Shown: positions 10,819 through 18,907 of the stretch, in pieces
Layout of the letters: every line of letters starts with the position of its first letter
How positions within the stretch are numbered: the stretch's first letter is position 1
DNA from: Candidatus Saccharimonadota bacterium
Lineage (GTDB): Bacteria; Pseudomonadota; Gammaproteobacteria; Enterobacterales; Enterobacteriaceae
Length of the DNA stretch: 32,000 nt
Reading direction: 5' to 3'
Assembly (NCBI RefSeq): GCF_000185985.2
Contig: NC_014909.2
Span: 330,001 to 362,000 of the forward strand
The notes under the pieces: model-generated
Told to the model about the DNA's origin: nothing
What the model saw: the letters and a program-made list of their open reading frames with translations, nothing else
Databases searched by the model: none
Made by a program: the position numbers and the translations under genes

Positions 10819-10928
10819 ACCCAACCCGTACAGTATACCCAACAAATCCTCAAAAAGATAACTATCTTTTTGAGGATTTGTTGGGTATACTGTACGGGTT
10901 GGGTTTACGGAGCGTTTTGTAAAGCTAA
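10795..10928. repeat. Perfect inverted repeat with 66-bp arms and a 2-nt centre, beginning 24 nt inside the lon 3' end; giant hairpin or cruciform-forming element and possible terminator
   Basis: Read directly: 10795-10860 (ttagctttacaaaacgctccgtaaacccaacccgtacagtatacccaacaaatcctcaaaaagata) is the exact reverse complement of 10863-10928, and the centre is ac. The next outward pair (a10794/a10929) does not match. By my count the arms are about 39% GC, above the surrounding spacer. Confidence 0.95.
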
Positions 10929-11249
10929 ATAATTTCTTTCTTATGCTGAATTTTAAATATATTTAATAATATCATAATGAGTAACTTGTTGTTTTTATAT
11001 ATGTTATATACATGAATATATATATGAATAATTATTGTTATAAATTGCTTTGTTTTAAAAAGATAGGTAGATAATTTATATAGTTAAAATAATTATATAT
11101 TTATATGTTTTGAATGAAATGATCATATATTTTGGTATTTCAAATTTATATATAAAATATATCATTAACAATAATTTTAATTCTAAAAAGCATTATAAAT
11201 GCATATCTAAATAATTTTTGATAATTTGATATATTAGTAGTCTTGTTAT

Positions 11250-11834
11250 ATGCTACATGATTTTAAATATTTGGCTAAAAATATGGTAAATACTAAAAAT
11301 CAACAATTAATGTTAATTAAAAATAATATTAAATTTATTCCAAATTATCCAAAAAAGGGAATTATATTTAGGGATATTAGCACGTTACTTGCAAATCCTA
11401 ATGCGTATTCTACAAGTATTACACTTTTAGCTAGTCATTATCAACATTATCAATTAACAAAAATAATAGGGGTAGAGGCTCGAGGGTTTTTATTTGGAGC
11501 ACCTTTAGCTTTAATTTTAAAAGTAGGATTTATCCCAGTTCGTAAAGCAGGGAAGTTACCTTGTAATACTATAAATGAAACGTATATTTTAGAATATGGT
11601 ACAGGATGTTTAGAAATACATAAAGATTCAATTGTACCAGGAGATAAAGTTCTTATTGTCGATGATTTATTAGCTACTGGTGGTACAATTGAAGCAACTG
11701 TAAAATTAATTAGAAGATTAGGGGGAAAGGTGAATGATGCTGCTTTTATAATAAATTTAGAATATTTAGGAGGTAATTTATTATTAAAAAATATTGGAGT
11801 AAATACTTATAGTCTAGTAGTATTTTCTGAGTAA
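11250..11834 (+). CDS. apt: Adenine phosphoribosyltransferase
   Basis: PRPP-binding motif [13 protein letters not shown] is present, with near-identity to E. coli Apt ([23 protein letters not shown]). The true start is probably the ATG at 11283 ([17 protein letters not shown]... aligns with E. coli MTATAQQLEYLKNSIK...), giving about 183 aa rather than 194. Confidence 0.93.
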   Translation: MLHDFKYLAKNMVNTKNQQLMLIKNNIKFIPNYPKKGIIFRDISTLLANPNAYSTSITLLASHYQHYQLTKIIGVEARGFLFGAPLALILKVGFIPVRKAGKLPCNTINETYILEYGTGCLEIHKDSIVPGDKVLIVDDLLATGGTIEATVKLIRRLGGKVNDAAFIINLEYLGGNLLLKNIGVNTYSLVVFSE

Positions 11835-11891
11835 TATAAATTTTAATTATTGCCTTAATATATGATTTATGATTAAAAAACTTTACAGAGA

Positions 11892-13556
11892 ATGATTATG
11901 ACTTATCAAATTCTTGCATTAAAATGGAGACCAAAAAAATTTTCAGAGATTGTAGGTCAAGCACATATTATAAAGGCAATGATACGTAGTTTTATTTTGA
12001 ATAGAATACATCATGCTTATATTTTATCTGGAACAAGGGGATCTGGAAAAACTACGATAGCGAGATTATTTGCAAAAGGATTAAATTGTGAAATTCAATT
12101 TGCATCTAATAATGATGTATGCGGTCAATGTAAAAATTGTTTAGATATTGAATCAGGGTGTTTTATTGATCTGATTGAAATAGATGCAGCATCTAGATCT
12201 AAAGTGGAAGAAACTCGGGAATTTTTAGATAATATGCAATATGCCCCGTCTCAAAGTCAATTTAAAATTTATTTAATAGATGAAGCTCATATGTTATCTA
12301 GGCATAGTTTTAATGCATTACTTAAAACATTAGAAGAGCCACCTCATCACGTAAAATTTATCTTAATTACTACCGACCATCAAAAGTTACCAGAAACTAT
12401 ACTATCTCGATGCTTACAGTTTTATTTAAAACCTTTAAGTACTTCTCAAATTACAACTCAATTACAATATATTTGTAATCAAGAAAATATTAATATAAAT
12501 GATATACATTTATTGGAACTATTGGCTAATTCAGCGAAAGGCAGTATGAGAGATGCTTTAAATTTATTAGAGCAAGCAATTATTTTAGGGGATAGTAATC
12601 ATATAACTTCTGACGTTATTAATAATATGCTTGGGATTTTAGATGTAGACGATTCTATATCTTTAATTGAAGATTTAATGAACGGAAATATAAACAATAT
12701 AATGCACAAAATTGATCATTATTCCAATATAGGAATAGATTGGGATCATTTTTTTTCTGAAATACTTACTATTCTTCAAAAAATAGCTATAAATCAATTT
12801 ACTTCATTTTCTACCATACAACAGCATAATACAAATAATAAATCGAAAAATATTAATCATCGTATACATAATTTAAGAACGAAGATATCTCCTGAGACTA
12901 TACAATTATATTATCAAATATTTTTACTAGGTCGACAAGAATTATCTTATGCTCCAAGTTATCGCATAGGAACGGAAATGACCATTTTAAGAGCATTAGC
13001 TTTTTCTCCAATCAATATACAATCAAAAAAAAATAGCAATAAAAATGATATTAATAAATTTAACGATAATTTAAAATATTGTAAAAATTCTTTACCACAA
13101 AGCACAACTCATTTAAACATGTTAACTATCCCTAAGAGTAAAACACTTATTAAAAAACCGTTGATTTCTAATAAGATTCATACAAATACAAATACTATAG
13201 AGTTACAGAAAATACAACATCAACATAATCTTTCTGTAGTAGATAGAAACCTTCCCCAAAACATAATACCTAATGATAATTCTTCCAATCATCAACTTCA
13301 TTTAGGCGACGTGACCAAAATCTTTAATACCCATCTTGTTTCCAATAAAATTCCTTCTAATACTGTTTCTGAAATATTAAAAGCACGATCAAAATTAATT
13401 AACTATCATGACAATTATAATAAAACAATTAAAATGAAGGCTAAATCAGATAAAAACATTGAATTTCAAAAAAAGTTAGCTAATATATTAAAACGATTTT
13501 CTGATATTAATATGACAGCAATTCCTCATGACTCTAAAAATATAAAAAAAAAATGA
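11892..13556 (+). CDS. dnaX: DNA polymerase III subunit tau/gamma (DnaX), domains I-III plus a low-complexity linker; the reading frame ends at a TGA directly after an A10 run
   Basis: Walker A GTRGSGKTT, a Cys4 zinc module (C..C..C..C in NCEIQFASNNDVCGQCKNC) and the SRC motif (ILSRCLQF) are present. It aligns with E. coli DnaX through ...TILRALAFSP. After residue ~375 the sequence is an N/K/I/S-rich linker. The sequence ...AAT ATA AAA AAA AAA TGA TAA terminates the frame at 13554-13556. Confidence 0.9.
   Translation: MIMTYQILALKWRPKKFSEIVGQAHIIKAMIRSFILNRIHHAYILSGTRGSGKTTIARLFAKGLNCEIQFASNNDVCGQCKNCLDIESGCFIDLIEIDAASRSKVEETREFLDNMQYAPSQSQFKIYLIDEAHMLSRHSFNALLKTLEEPPHHVKFILITTDHQKLPETILSRCLQFYLKPLSTSQITTQLQYICNQENININDIHLLELLANSAKGSMRDALNLLEQAIILGDSNHITSDVINNMLGILDVDDSISLIEDLMNGNINNIMHKIDHYSNIGIDWDHFFSEILTILQKIAINQFTSFSTIQQHNTNNKSKNINHRIHNLRTKISPETIQLYYQIFLLGRQELSYAPSYRIGTEMTILRALAFSPINIQSKKNSNKNDINKFNDNLKYCKNSLPQSTTHLNMLTIPKSKTLIKKPLISNKIHTNTNTIELQKIQHQHNLSVVDRNLPQNIIPNDNSSNHQLHLGDVTKIFNTHLVSNKIPSNTVSEILKARSKLINYHDNYNKTIKMKAKSDKNIEFQKKLANILKRFSDINMTAIPHDSKNIKKK
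13544..13553 (+). other. A10 homopolymer at the dnaX frame break; candidate site of transcriptional slippage or +1 ribosomal frameshifting
   Basis: Counted directly as ten consecutive A (13544-13553). The +1 frame has its last upstream stop at 13543-13545 (TAA) and is open from 13546 through 14067. The two dnaX frames therefore overlap only within this run. Confidence 0.7.
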
Positions 13557-13659
13557 TAAAAATCTATTAATAAAAATTAATTCTCACAAATCTAATATTA
13601 ATACCCATAGGGTAGATTATTATATCTATTTAGATTCTAAGAAACCTTTACATGTTATT

Positions 13660-14067
13660 ATGAAAGATATTTTTCAAGAAGCGGTACAATTTGATCCTTG
13701 GATATTTCAAATATATCAGTTGTCTTTATTAAAGCCAGCTAAACAGTTACTTTTAAGTTCTTGGAAACAAATCGTAGATGATAATAAGCTTTATTTAAAT
13801 TTATTAACTTGTTTTCAACATTTGTATTCTAAAGATCTGCATAATGCTATACAATTAGAAATTAGCAATAACCTTAAAATGCCGATTAAATTATATATAA
13901 TAAAAAATGATAATTTTGTAGAAAAAACTCCAATAGAATATTTATATATATTGTATACAAATAAAATTGTACAATTAAAACAAAAAATTTTAATTGATCC
14001 AAACACAAAAATAATTCAATCTCTTTTTAATGCTAAATTTTATGAAGAGGATATTCAAATTTTTTAA
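13660..14067 (+). CDS. dnaX: Detached C-terminal segment of DnaX (tau domain V, the Pol III alpha-binding domain); probably expressed as part of full-length tau after a frame change at 13544-13553 rather than as an independent gene
   Basis: 135-aa ORF in the +1 frame relative to dnaX. FQEAVQFDPWIFQIYQLSLLKPAKQ aligns with E. coli tau AAEAIERDPWAAQVSQLSLPKLVEQ. TPIEYLYILYTNKIVQLKQKILIDPNTKIIQSLFNAKFYEEDIQIF aligns with TPLEWRQAIYEEKLAQARESIIADNNIQTLRRFFDAELDEESIRPI, the extreme C-terminus of tau. There is no Shine-Dalgarno sequence before the ATG at 13660. Confidence 0.75.
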   Translation: MKDIFQEAVQFDPWIFQIYQLSLLKPAKQLLLSSWKQIVDDNKLYLNLLTCFQHLYSKDLHNAIQLEISNNLKMPIKLYIIKNDNFVEKTPIEYLYILYTNKIVQLKQKILIDPNTKIIQSLFNAKFYEEDIQIF

Positions 14068-14290
14068 TATATATAAGATATATAAGATTATCCATATAAT
14101 TTCTGAATTCTATTATGATGTAAAATATTTTATTTGAATTAAATGAAAATATAGTTATAAATTAAAATTTATAACAATTAATCATATTAATGTAAAATGT
14201 AAAACACAATGATTTTAGAATTAAATACATTAACTGAAATAATTACTAATTTTTGTATAACTATAATAAGAAAATTTTTAATAGATTTAT

Positions 14291-14959
14291 ATGATTCGTA
14301 TTATATTTTTGGGTCCTCCGGGATCTGGAAAAGGAACACAAGCTCATTTAATTGCAGATTTGTATAATATACCTAACATTTCTTCGGGAGAAATATTAAG
14401 ACATTCATATAATACCTTCAAGTTAAATTTACCCTCTACTAACGCTATAAACCTAATAAATTCTGGAAAATTAGTAAATGACGAATTAATAATAAAATTA
14501 ATTATTAACCGTATACGCAAAACAGATTGCCAACATGGTTTTATAATCGATGGATTTCCTAGAACAATTAATCAAGCTATAGCCATAAAAAAAAATAAAA
14601 TTTCTATTGACTTTGTAATAGAATTTTACATGAAAGATGCTGAAATTATCGATCGAATTATAGGGAGACAAATTCATTTATCGTCAGGCAGAATATATCA
14701 TAAAAAATATAATCCTCCGAAATTCCACGGGATAGACGATATTACTGGAGAAAACCTAATTGTTCGAAAAGATGATACCGAAGAAGTAATACAACAACGA
14801 TTAGATCAATATTATAAATATACAGCTCCACTTTCAAATTACTATAAAAAACAAGCAAAAAAAAATAATATGCATTTTTACGTTATAAACAGTAACCAAG
14901 AGATCATGAAAATTCATACAGAATTAGTTGATATCATAAATTTGTATGCATCAACTTAA
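14291..14959 (+). CDS. adk: Adenylate kinase
   Basis: 222 aa. It has the P-loop GPPGSGKGTQ, then GF.IDGFPRT, and a LID region with GR..H..SGR.YH. The length and order of motifs are typical of Adk. Confidence 0.95.
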   Translation: MIRIIFLGPPGSGKGTQAHLIADLYNIPNISSGEILRHSYNTFKLNLPSTNAINLINSGKLVNDELIIKLIINRIRKTDCQHGFIIDGFPRTINQAIAIKKNKISIDFVIEFYMKDAEIIDRIIGRQIHLSSGRIYHKKYNPPKFHGIDDITGENLIVRKDDTEEVIQQRLDQYYKYTAPLSNYYKKQAKKNNMHFYVINSNQEIMKIHTELVDIINLYAST

Positions 14960-15024
14960 ATGATGTTTTAATTAATTTAACTGAAACATTAATTTATAAT
15001 ATAATAATATTTTCATGAAATAAA

Positions 15025-15774
15025 TTATGAATAATCTAAAGGAAAGTTTACCAAAGCTATATTATCATTTTTATCATCTAATCTTACTACTGATCCACAT
15101 CTATTCCAACAACCTAGTACTATTCTTTTTAATAGAATTTTTTTTTCTTTATAAAAATAAATGTTATGAATGGCTGGTTGATGCGTATGCCCATGAATCA
15201 TAATTTGTGACTGATTTTTCATTAAAATATCTATAGCTTTTTTAGTGCTAATATTTAATTTATTTTTTGATTTACTTTGATTATATCGTGTTACATAGGA
15301 ATTCATAAAATTATAAATACAAAAACGAACAGATAAGGGCAAAGATAAAAATAATTTCTGAATTATTCGACATCGTAAAAATACTCGTAATCGTTGATAT
15401 GGTTTATCATAAATACATAAAGTATCTCCATGCAAGATTACTATGTTTTTTCCTGATGGTAATTTTAAAACTGGATTATCTGGTAATAAAATCATCCCAC
15501 AAGCATTAGCATATTTTTCTCCTAATAAAAAGTCTCTATTTCCTCTAATAAAATAACATGGAATTTTTTTTTTATTTAATGATTTTAAACCTTTAGCAAT
15601 GTTTATACACATTGAATTATCATTATCATCCCCTAACCATATTTCAAATAAATCTCCTAAAATATATAAAGCCTTTGCTTGAGTAGCTTGAATACGCAAA
15701 AAATTTAAAAATCCTTTAATAATCTTTGGTTTATTGTTGTGCAAATGCACATCTGAAATAAATAATATTGACAT
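15025..15774 (-). CDS. lpxH: UDP-2,3-diacylglucosamine pyrophosphohydrolase (lipid A biosynthesis)
   Basis: 249 aa. Calcineurin-like metallophosphoesterase motifs are present (SDVHL, GDLFE.W.GDD, GNRDFLLG, HGDTLC, HGHTH). It aligns with E. coli LpxH from the first residues (MSILFISDVHL vs MATLFIADLHL). Confidence 0.9.
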   Translation of the reverse strand: MSILFISDVHLHNNKPKIIKGFLNFLRIQATQAKALYILGDLFEIWLGDDNDNSMCINIAKGLKSLNKKKIPCYFIRGNRDFLLGEKYANACGMILLPDNPVLKLPSGKNIVILHGDTLCIYDKPYQRLRVFLRCRIIQKLFLSLPLSVRFCIYNFMNSYVTRYNQSKSKNKLNISTKKAIDILMKNQSQIMIHGHTHQPAIHNIYFYKEKKILLKRIVLGCWNRCGSVVRLDDKNDNIALVNFPLDYS

Positions 15775-16065
15775 ATTATCTTTTATGATGATGTATTTTT
15801 TTTATTTATAAAAATGCTATTAAGGTAATTTATATTAATTTAAATTGAAAAACAAAGTCATATTATACGGTTAAAATTACATGCATGTAAATTATTAATT
15901 GTATGAATTTCTTCTATAATTGTATTTTTTATATAAAAATAATAAATTTATTATTAATATTAATTAAATCAGTATAATTATATACTACTGGCAATGAGTA
16001 GTCATTTTTATAATATATAATTATAGATATATAATTTCATGATTGATAAAGAGTAGGCAATCATT

Positions 16066-17472
16066 ATGTTAAAAATTTTTAATACTTTAACTCAAAAAAA
16101 AGAAATTTTAAAACCAATAAATTTTAATACAATAAAATTATACGTTTGTGGTGTTACTGTATATGATTTATGTCATTTAGGGCATGCTAGAACATTTTCG
16201 ATATTTGATACAATTATAAGGTATTTAAATTACTGCGGGTATCAAGTTGAATACACTCGTAATATCACGGATATAGATGATAAAATTATACAACGAGCTT
16301 TTAGTCATCACGAAACTATAGTCCAATTTACAAATCGTATGATTCAAGAAATGTACATAGATTTAGATAATTTGAATATACTTAGACCTAAACATGAACC
16401 TAAAGTAACAAATTATATAGATACAATTATTAATTGTATTCATTTACTCTTAAAAAAAAAACATGCGTATATCACACGTAATGGTGATGTTATGTTTTCA
16501 ATTAATACTGCTAACAAATATGGAATTTTATCTCGTAACAAAAAATTAATTCAATCTATTTCTAAATATACGAACCATAATACAATTAAAAAAAATTCTG
16601 CAGATTTTGTATTATGGAAATCTGCTAAATTCAATGAACCATATTGGATGTCGCCATGGAGCAAGGGAAGGCCAGGATGGCATATTGAATGTTCTGCTAT
16701 CAGTCATAATATTTTAGGCAAAAATATAGATATCCATGGAGGAGGATCTGATTTAATGTTTCCACATCATGAAAATGAAATAGCTCAATCCGCTTGCGCT
16801 TATAGTATTGATCCTAATGTTTACGTAAATATATGGATGCATGTTGGTATGCTATTATTGAATAATGAAAAAATGTCTAAATCATTAAATAATTTTTTCA
16901 CTATACGGGAAATTTTAAAAAAATATGATCCAGAAACGATACGATATTTTTTATTATCAGCACATTATAGAAATCAGTTAAAATATAATGATAATAACAT
17001 GAAAAGCGCACAATTAGCATTAAAACGTTTGTATATTGCCTTATACGGAATTAATCCCATAGTTCACTCTGCAAATGATGAAGAGAGGTATTTTACATTA
17101 AAATTTATTGAAAAAATGAATGATGATTTTAATACCCCTGAAGCTTATTCAGTACTCTTTGAAATGGCACATGAATTAAATAGATTAAAAAGTAAACATT
17201 ATTATATACGTGCACAAAGACTAGCAACGCAATTAAAATTGTTAGCAAATATTTTAGGAATATTATATCAAAACCCTGAAAATTATTTACAATGTCAAGT
17301 GTCAAAAAATAAAAATCCTTTTGAGATCGAAAAGATTCAAAAATTAATCCAGATAAGAGAAGATGCTCGAAAAAATAAAAACTGGGAATTAGCTGATAAA
17401 ATACGTACTCAATTAACTACCTTGGGGGTAATATTAGAAGATGAACCTGAAGGAAAAACTAGATGGAGATAA
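16066..17472 (+). CDS. cysS: Cysteinyl-tRNA synthetase
   Basis: 468 aa. It has a class I HIGH-type motif (CHLGHARTF), a KMSKS motif and the conserved GWHIECSA block. Confidence 0.97.
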   Translation: MLKIFNTLTQKKEILKPINFNTIKLYVCGVTVYDLCHLGHARTFSIFDTIIRYLNYCGYQVEYTRNITDIDDKIIQRAFSHHETIVQFTNRMIQEMYIDLDNLNILRPKHEPKVTNYIDTIINCIHLLLKKKHAYITRNGDVMFSINTANKYGILSRNKKLIQSISKYTNHNTIKKNSADFVLWKSAKFNEPYWMSPWSKGRPGWHIECSAISHNILGKNIDIHGGGSDLMFPHHENEIAQSACAYSIDPNVYVNIWMHVGMLLLNNEKMSKSLNNFFTIREILKKYDPETIRYFLLSAHYRNQLKYNDNNMKSAQLALKRLYIALYGINPIVHSANDEERYFTLKFIEKMNDDFNTPEAYSVLFEMAHELNRLKSKHYYIRAQRLATQLKLLANILGILYQNPENYLQCQVSKNKNPFEIEKIQKLIQIREDARKNKNWELADKIRTQLTTLGVILEDEPEGKTRWR

Positions 17473-17575
17473 TATCAGTATCTTTTTAAAAATTTTACGA
17501 AATAAATCAATATTTTAAGATAATTTACTAATCAATAATTTTATTATATTTAATTATGTGAATGTACATAAAAAT

Positions 17576-18457
17576 TTATACATGATTATAATAAGCCTGC
17601 AGTGTATTTTGAATTAAAGTAGCTACTGTCATTGGCCCAACTCCACCTGGAACAGGGGTTATGTATGCAGCTCGTTCATAAGCACTAGGAAAATGTACAT
17701 CTCCTACTAGACTGCCATTATCTAATCGATTGATACCCACGTCGATTACTATAGCGCCTTTTTTTATCCAATTACCAGGAATAAAATTAGCTTTTCCAAT
17801 TGCTACAATTAGTAAATCAGCGTTTTTAATATACAATTTTAAATTTTGAGTAAATTTATGCGTAATGGATACAGTGCATCCTGCTAATAGTAATTCCATC
17901 ATCATAGGTCTGCCAACAATATTTGATGCTCCTACTATAACTGCATCTAAAATAAACATATTTATGTTGCATCCTTTTAGTAATGTCATAATACCTTTTG
18001 AAGTGCAAGGACGTAACACAGGAGATCGTTGACATAATCGACCTATATTATATGGATGAAACCCATCTACATCTTTATCAGGAATAATATGCTCTAAAAT
18101 TTTAATATCGTTTAATTTATTTGGTAATGGCAGTTGAATTAAAATTCCATCTATACGACAATCATTATTAAGAGTTTTAATTAGTTGTAATACTTCCTTT
18201 TCAGTCACTGTTATCGGCAATGTATAAAGAAAAGATATAAATCCAACTTGTTTGCATGCTTTTTTTTTATGAGTTACGTAAATTTTAGAAATTGGATCAT
18301 CGCCAATTAAAAGCATCGCCAATCCTGGAGCTCGTTTTCCCATATTTGTATTTTTATAAACTTGCTTAGCAATATCTTGTTTAATTTTTTCAGCAAAATA
18401 TTTACCGTTGATTAATTTGGCATTCATATTTAATAATATATTTGTAATAGGAGCCAT
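17576..18457 (-). CDS. folD: Bifunctional methylenetetrahydrofolate dehydrogenase/cyclohydrolase
   Basis: Strong identity to E. coli FolD ([21 protein letters not shown]; [18 protein letters not shown]; [23 protein letters not shown]). The likely true start is the ATG at 18425-18427 (MNAKLINGK... vs E. coli MAAKIIDGK...), 10 codons inside the ORF-track start. Confidence 0.95.
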   Translation of the reverse strand: MAPITNILLNMNAKLINGKYFAEKIKQDIAKQVYKNTNMGKRAPGLAMLLIGDDPISKIYVTHKKKACKQVGFISFLYTLPITVTEKEVLQLIKTLNNDCRIDGILIQLPLPNKLNDIKILEHIIPDKDVDGFHPYNIGRLCQRSPVLRPCTSKGIMTLLKGCNINMFILDAVIVGASNIVGRPMMMELLLAGCTVSITHKFTQNLKLYIKNADLLIVAIGKANFIPGNWIKKGAIVIDVGINRLDNGSLVGDVHFPSAYERAAYITPVPGGVGPMTVATLIQNTLQAYYNHV

Positions 18458-18623
18458 TGTACTAATATTGTTTATATCATCATAGTATATATGAATAGTA
18501 CATTTAATTTGAAAAATATATTTCTATAACTATATTATAATATTTCATAATATCTAAACAGAGGAAATCAAAATACTATATAATCATGATATATATTAAA
18601 TTTTTAATAATATATATGATAAT

Positions 18624-18697
18624 GCGCTCTTAACTCAAAAGGATAGAGTAACGGCCTTCTAAGCCGTAAGTTATAGGTTCGAATCCTATAGAGCGCA
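18624..18697 (+). tRNA. argU: tRNA-Arg (anticodon UCU); CCA end not encoded
   Basis: Folded by hand into a cloverleaf. Acceptor GCGCTCT/AGAGCGC; D arm ACTC-AAAAGGATA-GAGT; anticodon arm ACGGC-CT[TCT]AA-GCCGT; variable loop AAGTT; T arm ATAGG-TTCGAAT-CCTAT; discriminator A. Total 74 nt. It closely resembles E. coli argU as I remember it. Confidence 0.93.
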
Positions 18698-18832
18698 TAT
18701 ATTTATACTATTTTATTAATAAAATAGATATTGAAATTATTTGAATTATTTTTAATTAGTAATTTTTTAGATTTATATTGATTTTTAATAAATATACAGT
18801 ATATATAGTAAAATTGTCTAACAAATAATTAT

Positions 18833-18868
18833 ATATCTCAATTTCGATTCAAATCAAAATTGAGATAT
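18833..18868 (+). terminator. Stem-loop (12-bp perfect stem, 12-nt loop) between tRNA-Arg and the transporter gene; a tRNA terminator or a 5'-leader/operator element, function unresolved
   Basis: atatctcaattt (18833-18844) is the exact reverse complement of aaattgagatat (18857-18868). The loop cgattcaaatca can itself pair (gatt/aatc). The hairpin is followed by tattgttttg. It lies 136 nt after the tRNA and 39 nt before the ATG at 18908. Confidence 0.4.
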
Positions 18869-18907
18869 TATTGTTTTGTCGATATATTATAGAATATTAT
18901 AATTATA

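Noticed and set aside
13815-14006. 63-aa minus-strand ORF inside the dnaX C-terminal segment
   Set aside because: It is antisense to a segment with clear tau homology, and the peptide is hydrophobic and low complexity, typical of AT-rich reverse frames.
13660-14067. Reading the 135-aa ORF after dnaX as ybaB, the gene that follows dnaX in E. coli
   Set aside because: The sequence does not resemble YbaB (about 109 aa, MFGKGG...MQ-rich N-terminus). It aligns instead with the last ~130 residues of E. coli tau, and its frame is open back to the dnaX A10 run.
15877-15890. 14-bp perfect palindrome ttacatgcatgtaa in the divergent lpxH-cysS spacer, considered as a possible operator
   Set aside because: Seven complementary pairs are expected to occur by chance several times in about 5 kb of spacers this AT-rich. 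There is no second copy and no associated regulator gene.
18698-18907. tRNA-Arg(UCU) as an integration hotspot; argU is a prophage attachment site in E. coli, so I looked for an island, an integrase or a direct repeat of the tRNA 3' end downstream
   Set aside because: No integrase or phage-like ORF follows, and I could not find a repeat of the tRNA 3' half (ggttcgaatcctatagagcgca) in the neighbourhood. The next gene is a chromosomal-type transporter, followed by rodA.
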